From the IMG/VR virus record IMGVR_UViG_2728369560_000006, positions 1 to 11,795 of that record: a stretch of 11,795 nt of DNA; one strand, given 5' to 3'. The number at the start of each line of letters is the position of its first letter. The stretch's first letter is position 1. Made by a program: the position numbers and the translations under genes. This DNA is from a virus (taxonomy: Duplodnaviria; Heunggongvirae; Uroviricota; Caudoviricetes). Below, piece by piece: positions 1 through 6,955 of the stretch. The notes beneath the pieces were generated by a model that saw only the letters and a list, made by a program, of their open reading frames with translations, had not been told where the DNA came from and did no database searches.

Positions 1-2
1 TA

Positions 3-689
3 GTTACAAACACAGAACAATTAAAAGCATCTATAAATCATATTTATGGTTATAGCATTGACTCACAAAAATATCTTGACAAGTTTATAAAATATACCAT
101 CACGCTTCCAGATACATGTTTGATAAATGGTCACAACGTATGTAAAGCCTCTGTTATATATTGGGATTATCTTGTAGAAAAAACAAGGTTATTGAATAAA
201 ATCAATAGATTATCAGGTGACTTTATCCGTGATTTAATTCAACGAACCAACTTATCATTACGTGAAACACAAACATTTTCACGCAATCTTAACATTTTTC
301 AACTGTTAAACGACGATGAGAACAAAAGCAGTAATCCTTTAATAAATATGATCTTTGTCGTAGCTGCCTTCATACATTGCTTTGGTAACAAGGAAAAACT
401 AAAACAAGAAATTACCGCTGAATCTATATCTTATTTAGCAGACCTGCTTAACATAAAAGAAATACCTTATTCTTATGAGAGAAGATCGCAAATCCCTGAA
501 ATATCCATTGTATTCTTCGGAATAATTAAAGACAGTATTACTCTTAATGAGCGATTTGCCCCTAAAAGTGATGAAGAACTTAAAAAATTCACAAATGTTT
601 ATACTGATTATGAACACATAAATTTTTGGAGTACTACACCCAGAGAGTTATTGATAAAATATATTAATCAAATGTCATTCATCCAGTAA
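3..689 (+). CDS. hypothetical protein, 5'-truncated at window edge (AT-rich accessory gene, function unknown)
   Basis: The frame of listed ORF 120..689 stays open with no stop back to position 3, so the gene begins upstream of the window and 120 (TTG) is not the true start. Visibly AT-rich compared with the neighbouring phage genes. Stop TAA at 687-689 is followed directly by a hairpin. Convergent with Q. No family recognised by eye. Confidence 0.5.
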   Translation, partial: VTNTEQLKASINHIYGYSIDSQKYLDKFIKYTITLPDTCLINGHNVCKASVIYWDYLVEKTRLLNKINRLSGDFIRDLIQRTNLSLRETQTFSRNLNIFQLLNDDENKSSNPLINMIFVVAAFIHCFGNKEKLKQEITAESISYLADLLNIKEIPYSYERRSQIPEISIVFFGIIKDSITLNERFAPKSDEELKKFTNVYTDYEHINFWSTTPRELLIKYINQMSFIQ

Positions 690-690
690 A

Positions 691-717
691 TAATACGCCC
701 CATGCAGGGGCGTATTA
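691..717. terminator. bidirectional intrinsic terminator between convergent genes
   Basis: Perfect inverted repeat TAATACGCCCC / GGGGCGTATTA with a 5-nt loop (ATGCA), GC-rich core with A/T-rich flanks on both sides. Sits between the stop of the plus-strand gene (689) and the stop of minus-strand Q (718). Confidence 0.7.
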
Positions 718-1086
718 TTAAACGTCCAAATCTAATGTTAGATCTAGCATGGAAAGGCAGCCATCAATAAATCCTTCGGCTAGCTGTATTTCTATACGTA
801 TCAATTTCTCATCTTTTTTACGAGCCTTGGCGAGCTTTCTTTTAGAGATACCGTATAGGTAATGGGCAACAAGAAGCGAATGTTCGTCCGGCCTTTTTTG
901 CTTTAGACGAGCAAGACAACCTTCAATAATTAAGGCATCACTATCCGAACAAGCCAAGCGTTTCTTGCTTGTATAGGGAAGAAGTCCCTTAAACCCAGCG
1001 GCTATAGGTGAATAATCAACGCCTGAACTATCACTCGCCGCCCATGCCCCCCAACGCTCCAGAACCATCTGAATATCACGCATCAA
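718..1086 (-). CDS. late-gene antitermination protein Q (QuuD / phage 21-82 Q-like family)
   Basis: 122 aa. N-terminus MRDIQMVLERWGAWAA and overall size recall the short Q antiterminators of lambdoid prophages (family assignment from memory, not searched). It is the last gene of the minus-strand early operon, the canonical Q position. Confidence 0.7.
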   Translation of the reverse strand: MMRDIQMVLERWGAWAASDSSGVDYSPIAAGFKGLLPYTSKKRLACSDSDALIIEGCLARLKQKRPDEHSLLVAHYLYGISKRKLAKARKKDEKLIRIEIQLAEGFIDGCLSMLDLTLDLDV

Positions 1087-1100
1087 CTTTCTCCACCAAA

Positions 1101-2096
1101 TCAGGCTAGCACACCAATTGCCAACGCACGGTCGATAAAACGAAATATCAGCTCCAGCTGGGAGCCATACTTCTCTTCAAATGCCACGGTATCCGCATGC
1201 AGCTCGTCGTGATGCTTTCTGCACAAAGGCAACACAAAGAGGTCATGCGCTTTTGTACTCATTCCCCCCTGACCGTGGCCTATCAGGTGGTGGGGATCAT
1301 CAGCAGGCTTTCCACAACATGCACACGGCTGTGTCTTAACCCAGCGCGTGTACTTTTCATTAACCCAGCGGCGACGTTTGGGGCGTAACATAAAAGACTC
1401 CGGCGACTCCGGCTCCACTTTCAGCGCCAGCACCTTTTTCGCCTTATCCTGGATGATGCTGGTGGCAGGAACCGAAGGCACAAGGTCACTTTCCCGGGTA
1501 ACAGACGGCACAACAGGCTTCGGTAATCTCAGTGCCTTACGGGCTGCACTTTCCGGTAAGGCATCCGCCAGATCATTACGAATCAGCCACCAGCACAGTT
1601 CCGGCATTGTCACAACGTGACTGTCATCAAAACCGAGATCCCGACGCACAACAGACAACACCCAGCGGGCACAGTTATCCGTTGCCATTGATTCCAGCCG
1701 TTCCGTGAACTGATCGCGCAGCTGGTTATCGCAGTGCCAGCACAGACGGATTGCGCCCGGAGCGTGTCGCATTGTGGTCATGTTCTCGCTGTGCCAGTCG
1801 GAATGAGGCCACTGGCAGCCTTTTTCACGAAGTAACCAGCTTTCAAGACATTCCACGCCACCAGCACGACGGATCACTGCCTCATTGCGGAACACGGCCT
1901 GAACGGCAGGATCATCCGCCAGCGGTTGTGATGCCGCCGGAACGGCACCACTGGCGAAAGATGAATAACGTTCCGGCTCAGGCTCCAGCAGGACACGCCC
2001 CTGCATAAACAGGGGCATCAGCTCTGAACCTGGTCTGAACAATACGATCCCCATACGCGGGGCAATTTCAGGGGTCAGTAGTGCTCTCACGGTCAC
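1101..2096 (-). CDS. DUF968-family protein (YdfU-like) with C-terminal Cys/His-rich HNH-like motif
   Basis: 331 aa. C-terminal CACCGKPADDPHHLIGHG ... CRKHHDELH is a zinc-finger/HNH-like signature. Size and position (between RusA/KilA-N and Q) match DUF968 proteins of lambdoid prophages; family assignment from memory. Confidence 0.6.
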   Translation of the reverse strand: MTVRALLTPEIAPRMGIVLFRPGSELMPLFMQGRVLLEPEPERYSSFASGAVPAASQPLADDPAVQAVFRNEAVIRRAGGVECLESWLLREKGCQWPHSDWHSENMTTMRHAPGAIRLCWHCDNQLRDQFTERLESMATDNCARWVLSVVRRDLGFDDSHVVTMPELCWWLIRNDLADALPESAARKALRLPKPVVPSVTRESDLVPSVPATSIIQDKAKKVLALKVEPESPESFMLRPKRRRWVNEKYTRWVKTQPCACCGKPADDPHHLIGHGQGGMSTKAHDLFVLPLCRKHHDELHADTVAFEEKYGSQLELIFRFIDRALAIGVLA

Positions 2097-2097
2097 C

Positions 2098-2895
2098 TCA
2101 ATGAACGGTATCGAGCAGCTTTAACAGCTCAGGGAATCGGGATTCGAAGAAATGCGGCTGCGTCTCGCGCGGATTTGCAGGACTGGTGATGTTCTTGCCG
2201 AACATGCAGCCTTTCGCCGTCAGCGACCAGAATTTTTTGATGTTGTTAATCGCGGTACGGCTGTATCGTTCGCGTTGTTCAACGATCCCCAGCTTCGCCA
2301 TCTGGTGATATGCCTGATTAGCTGTCAGGCAGATACCATACTGCTTCAGCAGTGCACTCAGTGACAGCGTGGGGCGGCTTGAGCCATCAGGCGCGTCAGC
2401 AGGAGCATCAATGGCATAGCGCGGTGCCAGATTCGGTAAGCCAACAGCCTCCTGGAGTTTCTGACAGGCACCAAGCACTGAAGAGTTAGACAGGTTTAAC
2501 TCCCGGCGCATAAAGTCCAGCAGGATCACGCCAGCCTGCATCTTGTCAGCAGCCTGCCCGGATAATTTTTCCGGTGTGCTGGTTACCATATCGAAAGTAC
2601 GGATCACCTTCAGATGGAATGACGGGCTGATCCACATTGCATAGGCATACACCAGTTCTTTGCAGACATACGTCCCTTGGTTATTTCCGCCACGAATAAC
2701 GTTAACTGGCGCTATATTGACCGAGTTGCAAATCTGCAACTCGCTTATTAAACGTTCGGTTTGCTCATTGCGGAGCCAGAATGCAGGCTTATGTTTATCC
2801 AGAGAACCGGCAGCCCTGTGCAGATCGTTCAGGCTGTAACGCCCATAAGCATCACGACGAACTTCAATACCATCAATAACCATCAGATTATTCAT
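2098..2895 (-). CDS. KilA-N domain-containing protein
   Basis: 265 aa. N-terminal region (MVIDGIEVRRDAYGRYSLNDLHRAAG ... KPAFWLRNEQTERLISEL) resembles the KilA-N/APSES-type DNA-binding domain common in prophage nin regions. Tightly packed with neighbours (2 nt from DUF968 start). Confidence 0.6.
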   Translation of the reverse strand: MNNLMVIDGIEVRRDAYGRYSLNDLHRAAGSLDKHKPAFWLRNEQTERLISELQICNSVNIAPVNVIRGGNNQGTYVCKELVYAYAMWISPSFHLKVIRTFDMVTSTPEKLSGQAADKMQAGVILLDFMRRELNLSNSSVLGACQKLQEAVGLPNLAPRYAIDAPADAPDGSSRPTLSLSALLKQYGICLTANQAYHQMAKLGIVEQRERYSRTAINNIKKFWSLTAKGCMFGKNITSPANPRETQPHFFESRFPELLKLLDTVH

Positions 2896-2914
2896 ACTTC
2901 GTTTCTCCTCTTAA

Positions 2915-3304
2915 TCAGGCGGCTGCACCCGCCGGTTTCTCGTACTTACTGATAGTGATCTCGACCTTCCCTTCCGGGATAACCGGTCCCCACTCCACCA
3001 GCATTCTTTTCACCTGACTGTCGTCTTCCCACACACCCGCGTGGGTCAGGGCGTCAAACAGCGCCTTGTTATAGTTGTCCAGATCGCGGATCCGGTTATC
3101 CGGAGGAAACAACACGATCTCCACTGAAGCAGGTGCCGACGTTGGTTTTGGCAGACGACGTAACTGCTCAACTATTGCTGCACACGCCGCGCTCTGGAAT
3201 TTGCGCCCCGCCGCGCTTATCAGGCTCTTACCAGCAAACGCCCCTTTGTTGGGGTGTCGCCAGTACGTGTTCACGCTGGGCGGAAAAGGCAGGATCAGCT
3301 TCAT
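2915..3304 (-). CDS. rusA: crossover junction endodeoxyribonuclease RusA (Holliday junction resolvase)
   Basis: 129 aa. Motifs LPFPPSVNTYWRH, RDLDNYNKALFDALT and GVWEDDSQV match the RusA family, including the catalytic Asp cluster. Start overlaps the stop of the upstream gene (3301-3304). Confidence 0.85.
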   Translation of the reverse strand: MKLILPFPPSVNTYWRHPNKGAFAGKSLISAAGRKFQSAACAAIVEQLRRLPKPTSAPASVEIVLFPPDNRIRDLDNYNKALFDALTHAGVWEDDSQVKRMLVEWGPVIPEGKVEITISKYEKPAGAAA

Positions 3305-3627
3305 ACTTTCAGGCCCCTCTCATGTAACCAGTGGGCTGCACGCAGCCTGGCGTTTTCCTCACCGGCAAGCAGTGAGCGGATAATCCCGACCGCCTCGCTG
3401 TCGTCGTCCTTCACCGCGGTATGAAGCGTTATCCCCCGTGCCACGCCACGCTTTATCGTGATGACGCCTTTTTTCTCCAGTGCGCGAAGATGCTCCACCG
3501 CTGCATTCACTGAACGGTATCCCAGCATGGTAGCCACCTCCTGATTGGTTGGCGGGAAGCCACGTTCTTTCTGATAAGAAATCAGCATATCCAGCACCTG
3601 CTGCTGGCATTGAGTTAATGTCGTCAT
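3301..3627 (-). CDS. LexA N-terminal DNA-binding-domain protein (winged-helix only; no S24 peptidase domain)
   Basis: 108 aa. LTQCQQQVLDMLISYQKERGFPPTNQEVATMLGYRSVNAAVEHLRALEKKGVITIKRGVARGITL aligns closely by eye with the E. coli LexA N-terminal domain (LTARQQEVFDLI...[36 protein letters not shown]...SRGIRL). The protein ends about 40 aa later with no Ala-Gly/Ser/Lys peptidase region. Confidence 0.7.
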   Translation of the reverse strand: MTTLTQCQQQVLDMLISYQKERGFPPTNQEVATMLGYRSVNAAVEHLRALEKKGVITIKRGVARGITLHTAVKDDDSEAVGIIRSLLAGEENARLRAAHWLHERGLKV

Positions 3628-4310
3628 GCCGCCATCTCCCTGACCAGTTTTTCCGCCTGCTGGCGAACCTGCGCCAGAAACGCCTCACCACATGTCTCAA
3701 GTTCATCGCGCCCGATGTAGCTGATTGCCGGTCCCTTCCAGGTCTTATCGAAAACAGCAATAGCACCAGCGAAGAACGCTCCTGTCGGCACCTGCTTCTC
3801 GTCTTTCGGGATAAACCAGACAGGCAGTTCAAAACCAATACGCCCGCGAATAAAAGCAATATGGTCTGCATCTTCCGGCCACCACACTTCGCTGGTGGCA
3901 GCTTTGATCAGGAAAACATAGCGCCCGCCTTTATCACGCATGGCACTGGCATGCTTCATGATGTAACGCATGCCGGTGATGTATTGCCCCTCATGCTGAC
4001 TGGCGCGGCTGTATGGGGGATTACCAAAGGCAGCACCTTTAAGCTCCGCAAGACGTTCTGACCAGTCATGCGCCAGCGCGTTGTCTTCCGCCGTGTAATA
4101 CGCGGCACATTTGGCGTTATCACCGTCAGTGAACAGATCCAGAACAAACGGACCAAACAGGGTGTTAATTCCCCAGAAAATGTTATCCGGCGTGCGCCAC
4201 TGATCTCCCACTTCCTTCAGTTCATGGGCTGGTTTATTCCGCAGTTCCACCAGCGCCTGGCAATATTTATTACTCATTAAGCCCCCACGTAATTCCCTGA
4301 CAGATACCAC
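3624..4310 (-). CDS. phage DNA N6-adenine methyltransferase (Dam family, orphan)
   Basis: Contains the (D/N)PPY motif IV (FGNPPYS) typical of N6-adenine/N4-cytosine methyltransferases, with no adjacent restriction gene. Start is uncertain: the ORF track gives 4310, but an internal ATG at about 4277 (MSNKYCQ...) forms a TAATG overlap with the upstream gene's stop and may be the true start. Confidence 0.7.
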   Translation of the reverse strand: MVSVRELRGGLMSNKYCQALVELRNKPAHELKEVGDQWRTPDNIFWGINTLFGPFVLDLFTDGDNAKCAAYYTAEDNALAHDWSERLAELKGAAFGNPPYSRASQHEGQYITGMRYIMKHASAMRDKGGRYVFLIKAATSEVWWPEDADHIAFIRGRIGFELPVWFIPKDEKQVPTGAFFAGAIAVFDKTWKGPAISYIGRDELETCGEAFLAQVRQQAEKLVREMAA

Positions 4311-4771
4311 TCTTCACCCGATGCAGCGCGCTTGCTGCTTTTCCGTAAGCACCGCTCACGACGCGCCAGAAAATTGTTTCGTTCTGGCTGGGAGTGGCTT
4401 TCACGGAATGCCGCCATCCACACGGTTGCAGCACGACGGTATAAGCCCCTTGACTCCAGTTCTTCCGCCTGGCGGGTCAGGCACAAAATCACCCGGGGAT
4501 CGTTAGTGCCGACATAGAAATTGCGCGCAGGTCTGGTTTCACGAACTGGTTGTGGTTCCGGCTCCTGCGCTCTCTCAGTCAGGCGCGGGAAATGTCTGCG
4601 TGTATCCCCTTCATAACGGTGAGCCACACGCCCACTCTGACGTAACTTGCTTGCTGACTGCAGAACGCGCTGCCGTGAGTAACCAGCAAAAGCATCCGCA
4701 ATGTCTCCGGAAGTACACCCCGGATGGGCTTCAATGAATTTCTGAACGTCATTTAACAGACTCATGATCAC
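4277..4771 (-). CDS. PerC-family-like putative transcriptional regulator
   Basis: 164 aa. C-terminal region carries GLYRRAATVWMAAF ... ARRERCLRK, resembling the GLWRRAA..W hallmark of PerC/Pch regulators (from memory). Start overlaps the O-like gene stop (4768-4771). Confidence 0.45.
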   Translation of the reverse strand: MIMSLLNDVQKFIEAHPGCTSGDIADAFAGYSRQRVLQSASKLRQSGRVAHRYEGDTRRHFPRLTERAQEPEPQPVRETRPARNFYVGTNDPRVILCLTRQAEELESRGLYRRAATVWMAAFRESHSQPERNNFLARRERCLRKSSKRAASGEEWYLSGNYVGA

Positions 4772-5709
4772 CCCCTGAATCCTGCCGGGATCTGGCTGTA
4801 GTCCACGTTGTCGTAACTGGATTTGAAGTACGGGTCTTCGCGTTTTTCGGTGTACGTGCTTACGGACGGCGATAAGCGCAGGGAAAGCTCATCCCATTTT
4901 TCCCGCAGCTTCGACGGGCTGAGCACGTTACGGCACCAGAACGGATCGCGGCTGACGCGGCTGTACATCTCGCAGATTTGTTTGTGAGTACGACCATCCT
5001 GCACACACATCAGGCGAATTTCGTTTGCCCAGGCTGTCCAGTTCGGTTCTTTGGGACGAACCACCTCGCCGTCACATTCGGCGGCCTGCTCGTACAGGGC
5101 GATGATTTTTTTCCAGAGCCACTGTGCGCAGGTCAAATCATCCTGCGTTCCCCACTGGCGCTTTTTAGGGCTGAATACAACCGCATCAGGATGGCGAGTT
5201 AAAAAATCCTGTTCATCCGTCTGCGTGTCCGGTTGCGAAGCGTCCGGACGAGAAGTTTTTTTATCTGACGGATCATGTTTTGATTTTACTGACGGATCCC
5301 CGCCAGATTCTGACGGGTGAAAACCCGCTTTTTTGCCAGATTTCGACGCATCAAATTTTGACGGGTCAGATTTTGATGCGTCAGATTTTGACGGGTCAGA
5401 ATCTGACAGTTGAGAAAATGCCGCTGCCTGAAGCTTCGCAACGTTAAGCTGATAAACATTCGACGCATTGCGGTTACCCTGGCGACGCGCCTTACGCGTT
5501 AACCAGCCTTCTGCTTCCAGCCGTGCGATAGCCGTTCTGACGGTACTCATCCCCGCGCCAATCTGGCGGGCAATGGTTTCAATTGATGGCCAGCACACAC
5601 CTTCGTCATTACTGAAATCAGCCAGGCGGGCCATAATTGCCACGCTGGATAATTTCATGCCTGATGCAGCGCAACTATCCCATACATAGCCGGTTAATTT
5701 AGTGCTCAT
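4768..5709 (-). CDS. phage replication initiation protein (O-like: N-terminal wHTH domain, repeat-encoded linker, C-terminal domain)
   Basis: 313 aa. N-terminal HTH region (SIETIARQIGAGMSTVRTAIARLEAEGWL), low-complexity linker SDSDPSKSDASKSDPSKFDASKSG encoded by tandem 15-bp DNA repeats (lambda O-like architecture with ori inside the gene), and a C-terminal domain. SD GAGG about 6 nt upstream of the ATG. Confidence 0.7.
   Translation of the reverse strand: MSTKLTGYVWDSCAASGMKLSSVAIMARLADFSNDEGVCWPSIETIARQIGAGMSTVRTAIARLEAEGWLTRKARRQGNRNASNVYQLNVAKLQAAAFSQLSDSDPSKSDASKSDPSKFDASKSGKKAGFHPSESGGDPSVKSKHDPSDKKTSRPDASQPDTQTDEQDFLTRHPDAVVFSPKKRQWGTQDDLTCAQWLWKKIIALYEQAAECDGEVVRPKEPNWTAWANEIRLMCVQDGRTHKQICEMYSRVSRDPFWCRNVLSPSKLREKWDELSLRLSPSVSTYTEKREDPYFKSSYDNVDYSQIPAGFRG
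5281..5410. repeat. iteron array (candidate phage origin of replication inside the initiator gene)
   Basis: About 7 copies of a 15-bp unit (plus-strand consensus TCAGATTTTGACGGG). Copies at about 5336-5410 are in perfect 15-bp phase (CCAGATTTCGACGCA, TCAAATTTTGACGGG, TCAGATTTTGATGCG, TCAGATTTTGACGGG, TCAGAATCTGACAGT), with further copies at about 5282-5318. A/T-rich patches lie immediately to the left. Confidence 0.65.
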
Positions 5710-5718
5710 GACCGACCT

Positions 5719-6057
5719 CTATTTCCCTGAATTTACGACGAAACTGTTCGAGCGGGCTGAAGCACTCATGCTCATAGCCTTCGCGGAGGTAGATAACCCG
5801 TTGTGTTTCCGGCTCCCAACGAATGACTCTGACGGGCACTCCGTAGTGATCTTTGAACCAGCGGTTAACTTGTCGCAAAGGACTGTCTCCTTCTGCCGGT
5901 TGAAATCACCCACAGCCCACTCTGCAAAGCTGTGGGTTACAATTTCCCTGTCACCTGGTACATTTACTGCATAGCAATACTCCACCTTCGCTTTTCCACC
6001 CGGTACAGGAAGCGCAATCAGTTGCGAGCGACGGTAGTGTGTTGTTAAACTGTTCAT
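5719..6057 (-). CDS. hypothetical protein (small ORF between CII-like and O-like genes)
   Basis: 112 aa. Same strand as the operon, start overlaps the CII-like stop (6054-6057), SD-like GGAG upstream. Against: low-complexity C-terminus, no recognisable family, and a strong 9-bp hairpin (about 5908-5937) inside the ORF. Confidence 0.35.
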   Translation of the reverse strand: MNSLTTHYRRSQLIALPVPGGKAKVEYCYAVNVPGDREIVTHSFAEWAVGDFNRQKETVLCDKLTAGSKITTECPSESFVGSRKHNGLSTSAKAMSMSASARSNSFVVNSGK

Positions 6058-6605
6058 GCGTTAGTTTCTCCACAGTCACGACACGCCACGGCGCCCGGAG
6101 CTGCACACTCGCGGGCGTCATTACTTTCTGAAATGCAAAAAATTTTGTAGACCAGTGCTGCATGCTCCTGCAGCTTCGAAATTGAGAGGTACAGCTCGTC
6201 GTTAATTGCTGTCTTCTCATGCGGTTCCACTACACCGTCTTCAATTGCTGAACGAATCTGTTTTGAATAACTGCCGATCTGTTCAATGACTTCCAGCAGG
6301 CGCTGGTTAATATCGGCGTTGTCCACATCCTCGACGTCAGGAAGAGACACAAAGACGCCATTTGCAGACTGCGCCACAGCGTCAGCAATGAAGTGAGTTC
6401 CACCAGCACGTTGCAAAATCATTGCCCATCCCAGCGGGAAAATCTGATCGCCATCGGCACGAAGGCGGTTAAATAATGCGTTCTCTGTTACATCCAGCCA
6501 GTCAGCAGCTTCAGCGTACCCCCCCGGCAACGCTGCGATAGTTTTTCTGACAGCTTTCACGTACCACTCAGGCTGTTTTTCTACTTTCCAGTGATGCTTA
6601 CCCAC
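6054..6605 (-). CDS. CII-like / YdaT-family phage regulatory protein
   Basis: 183 aa, directly downstream of the cro-like gene with overlapping start/stop, the canonical cII position. Size and position fit the roughly 180-aa CII(CP76)/YdaT-type proteins of enterobacterial prophages; family call is positional plus weak memory. Confidence 0.5.
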   Translation of the reverse strand: MGKHHWKVEKQPEWYVKAVRKTIAALPGGYAEAADWLDVTENALFNRLRADGDQIFPLGWAMILQRAGGTHFIADAVAQSANGVFVSLPDVEDVDNADINQRLLEVIEQIGSYSKQIRSAIEDGVVEPHEKTAINDELYLSISKLQEHAALVYKIFCISESNDARECAAPGAVACRDCGETNA

Positions 6606-6858
6606 GGTTCACCTCCTGTTCCTGTGGTTTAAACCCATTCTGGTTTTGGCTAGATTGAAAACGTGCCGGATAAAGAATCTGCATTTCGCTGACTTCACCC
6701 TTAAAAAAATTGGCTAAACGTTCTGCAAGCTCGATAGATGGAATCTGCTCCAGCCTCTCAATACGACTCAACGTCGCTGGATTGACTTGAACACCCGCAG
6801 CAACATGCTGCAAAGTGAAACCATGCGCCTTACGCACATTTCGTAATGGTGATTGCAT
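6598..6858 (-). CDS. cro: Cro-like HTH (XRE family) transcriptional regulator
   Basis: 86 aa with a clear HTH (FTLQHVAAGVQVNPATLSRIERLE). Divergent from the CI-type repressor gene across a 97-bp operator region. Strong SD (GGAGGTC) upstream of the ATG. Confidence 0.8.
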   Translation of the reverse strand: MQSPLRNVRKAHGFTLQHVAAGVQVNPATLSRIERLEQIPSIELAERLANFFKGEVSEMQILYPARFQSSQNQNGFKPQEQEVNRG

Positions 6859-6955
6859 ATGACCTCCAAATATTGCGCGTTATGCATGTTATTTCACGCA
6901 ATTATTTTGCGCAAGTTGATTTGCTTATCACGCAATAAAGAAATGTAATAAACGC
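6859..6955. promoter_or_regulatory. immunity region OR: divergent pR/pRM promoters with repeated TTGC-N7-GCAA operator sites
   Basis: Repeated half-sites TTGCG/CGCAA: TTGCGCGTTATGCAT (about 6873-6887), ACGCAATTATTTTGCGCAA (about 6895-6915), TTGCTTATCACGCAA (about 6921-6935). Candidate pRM -35 TTGCTT / -10 TGTAAT ending about 7 nt before the cI ATG (leaderless-type cI mRNA, as in lambda). Candidate pR on the minus strand within the same interval. Confidence 0.55.

Noticed and set aside
1197-2364. Plus-strand ORFs 1197-1388, 1348-1620, 1751-2008 and 2152-2364 antisense to the DUF968 and KilA-N genes
   Set aside because: Embedded antisense in longer, motif-bearing minus-strand genes, with no ribosome-binding sites and no recognisable protein features.
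3075-5689. Plus-strand ORFs across the minus-strand operon (3075-3383, 3133-3327, 3549-4061, 4068-4280, 4321-4506, 4332-4517, 4552-4737, 4978-5202, 5051-5320, 5468-5689) and minus-strand ORFs 3359-3871, 3956-4156, 5286-5468
   Set aside because: All overlap the annotated RusA, LexA-DBD, Dam, PerC-like and initiator genes in other frames. The region is GC-rich, which inflates spurious ORF length.
5702-5974. Plus-strand ORF (90 aa) antisense to the operon between the O-like and CII-like genes
   Set aside because: No SD upstream, starts on a GTG overlapping the O-like start, and runs against an otherwise uniformly minus-strand, translationally coupled operon. The minus-strand 112-aa ORF is the more plausible reading, though itself weak.
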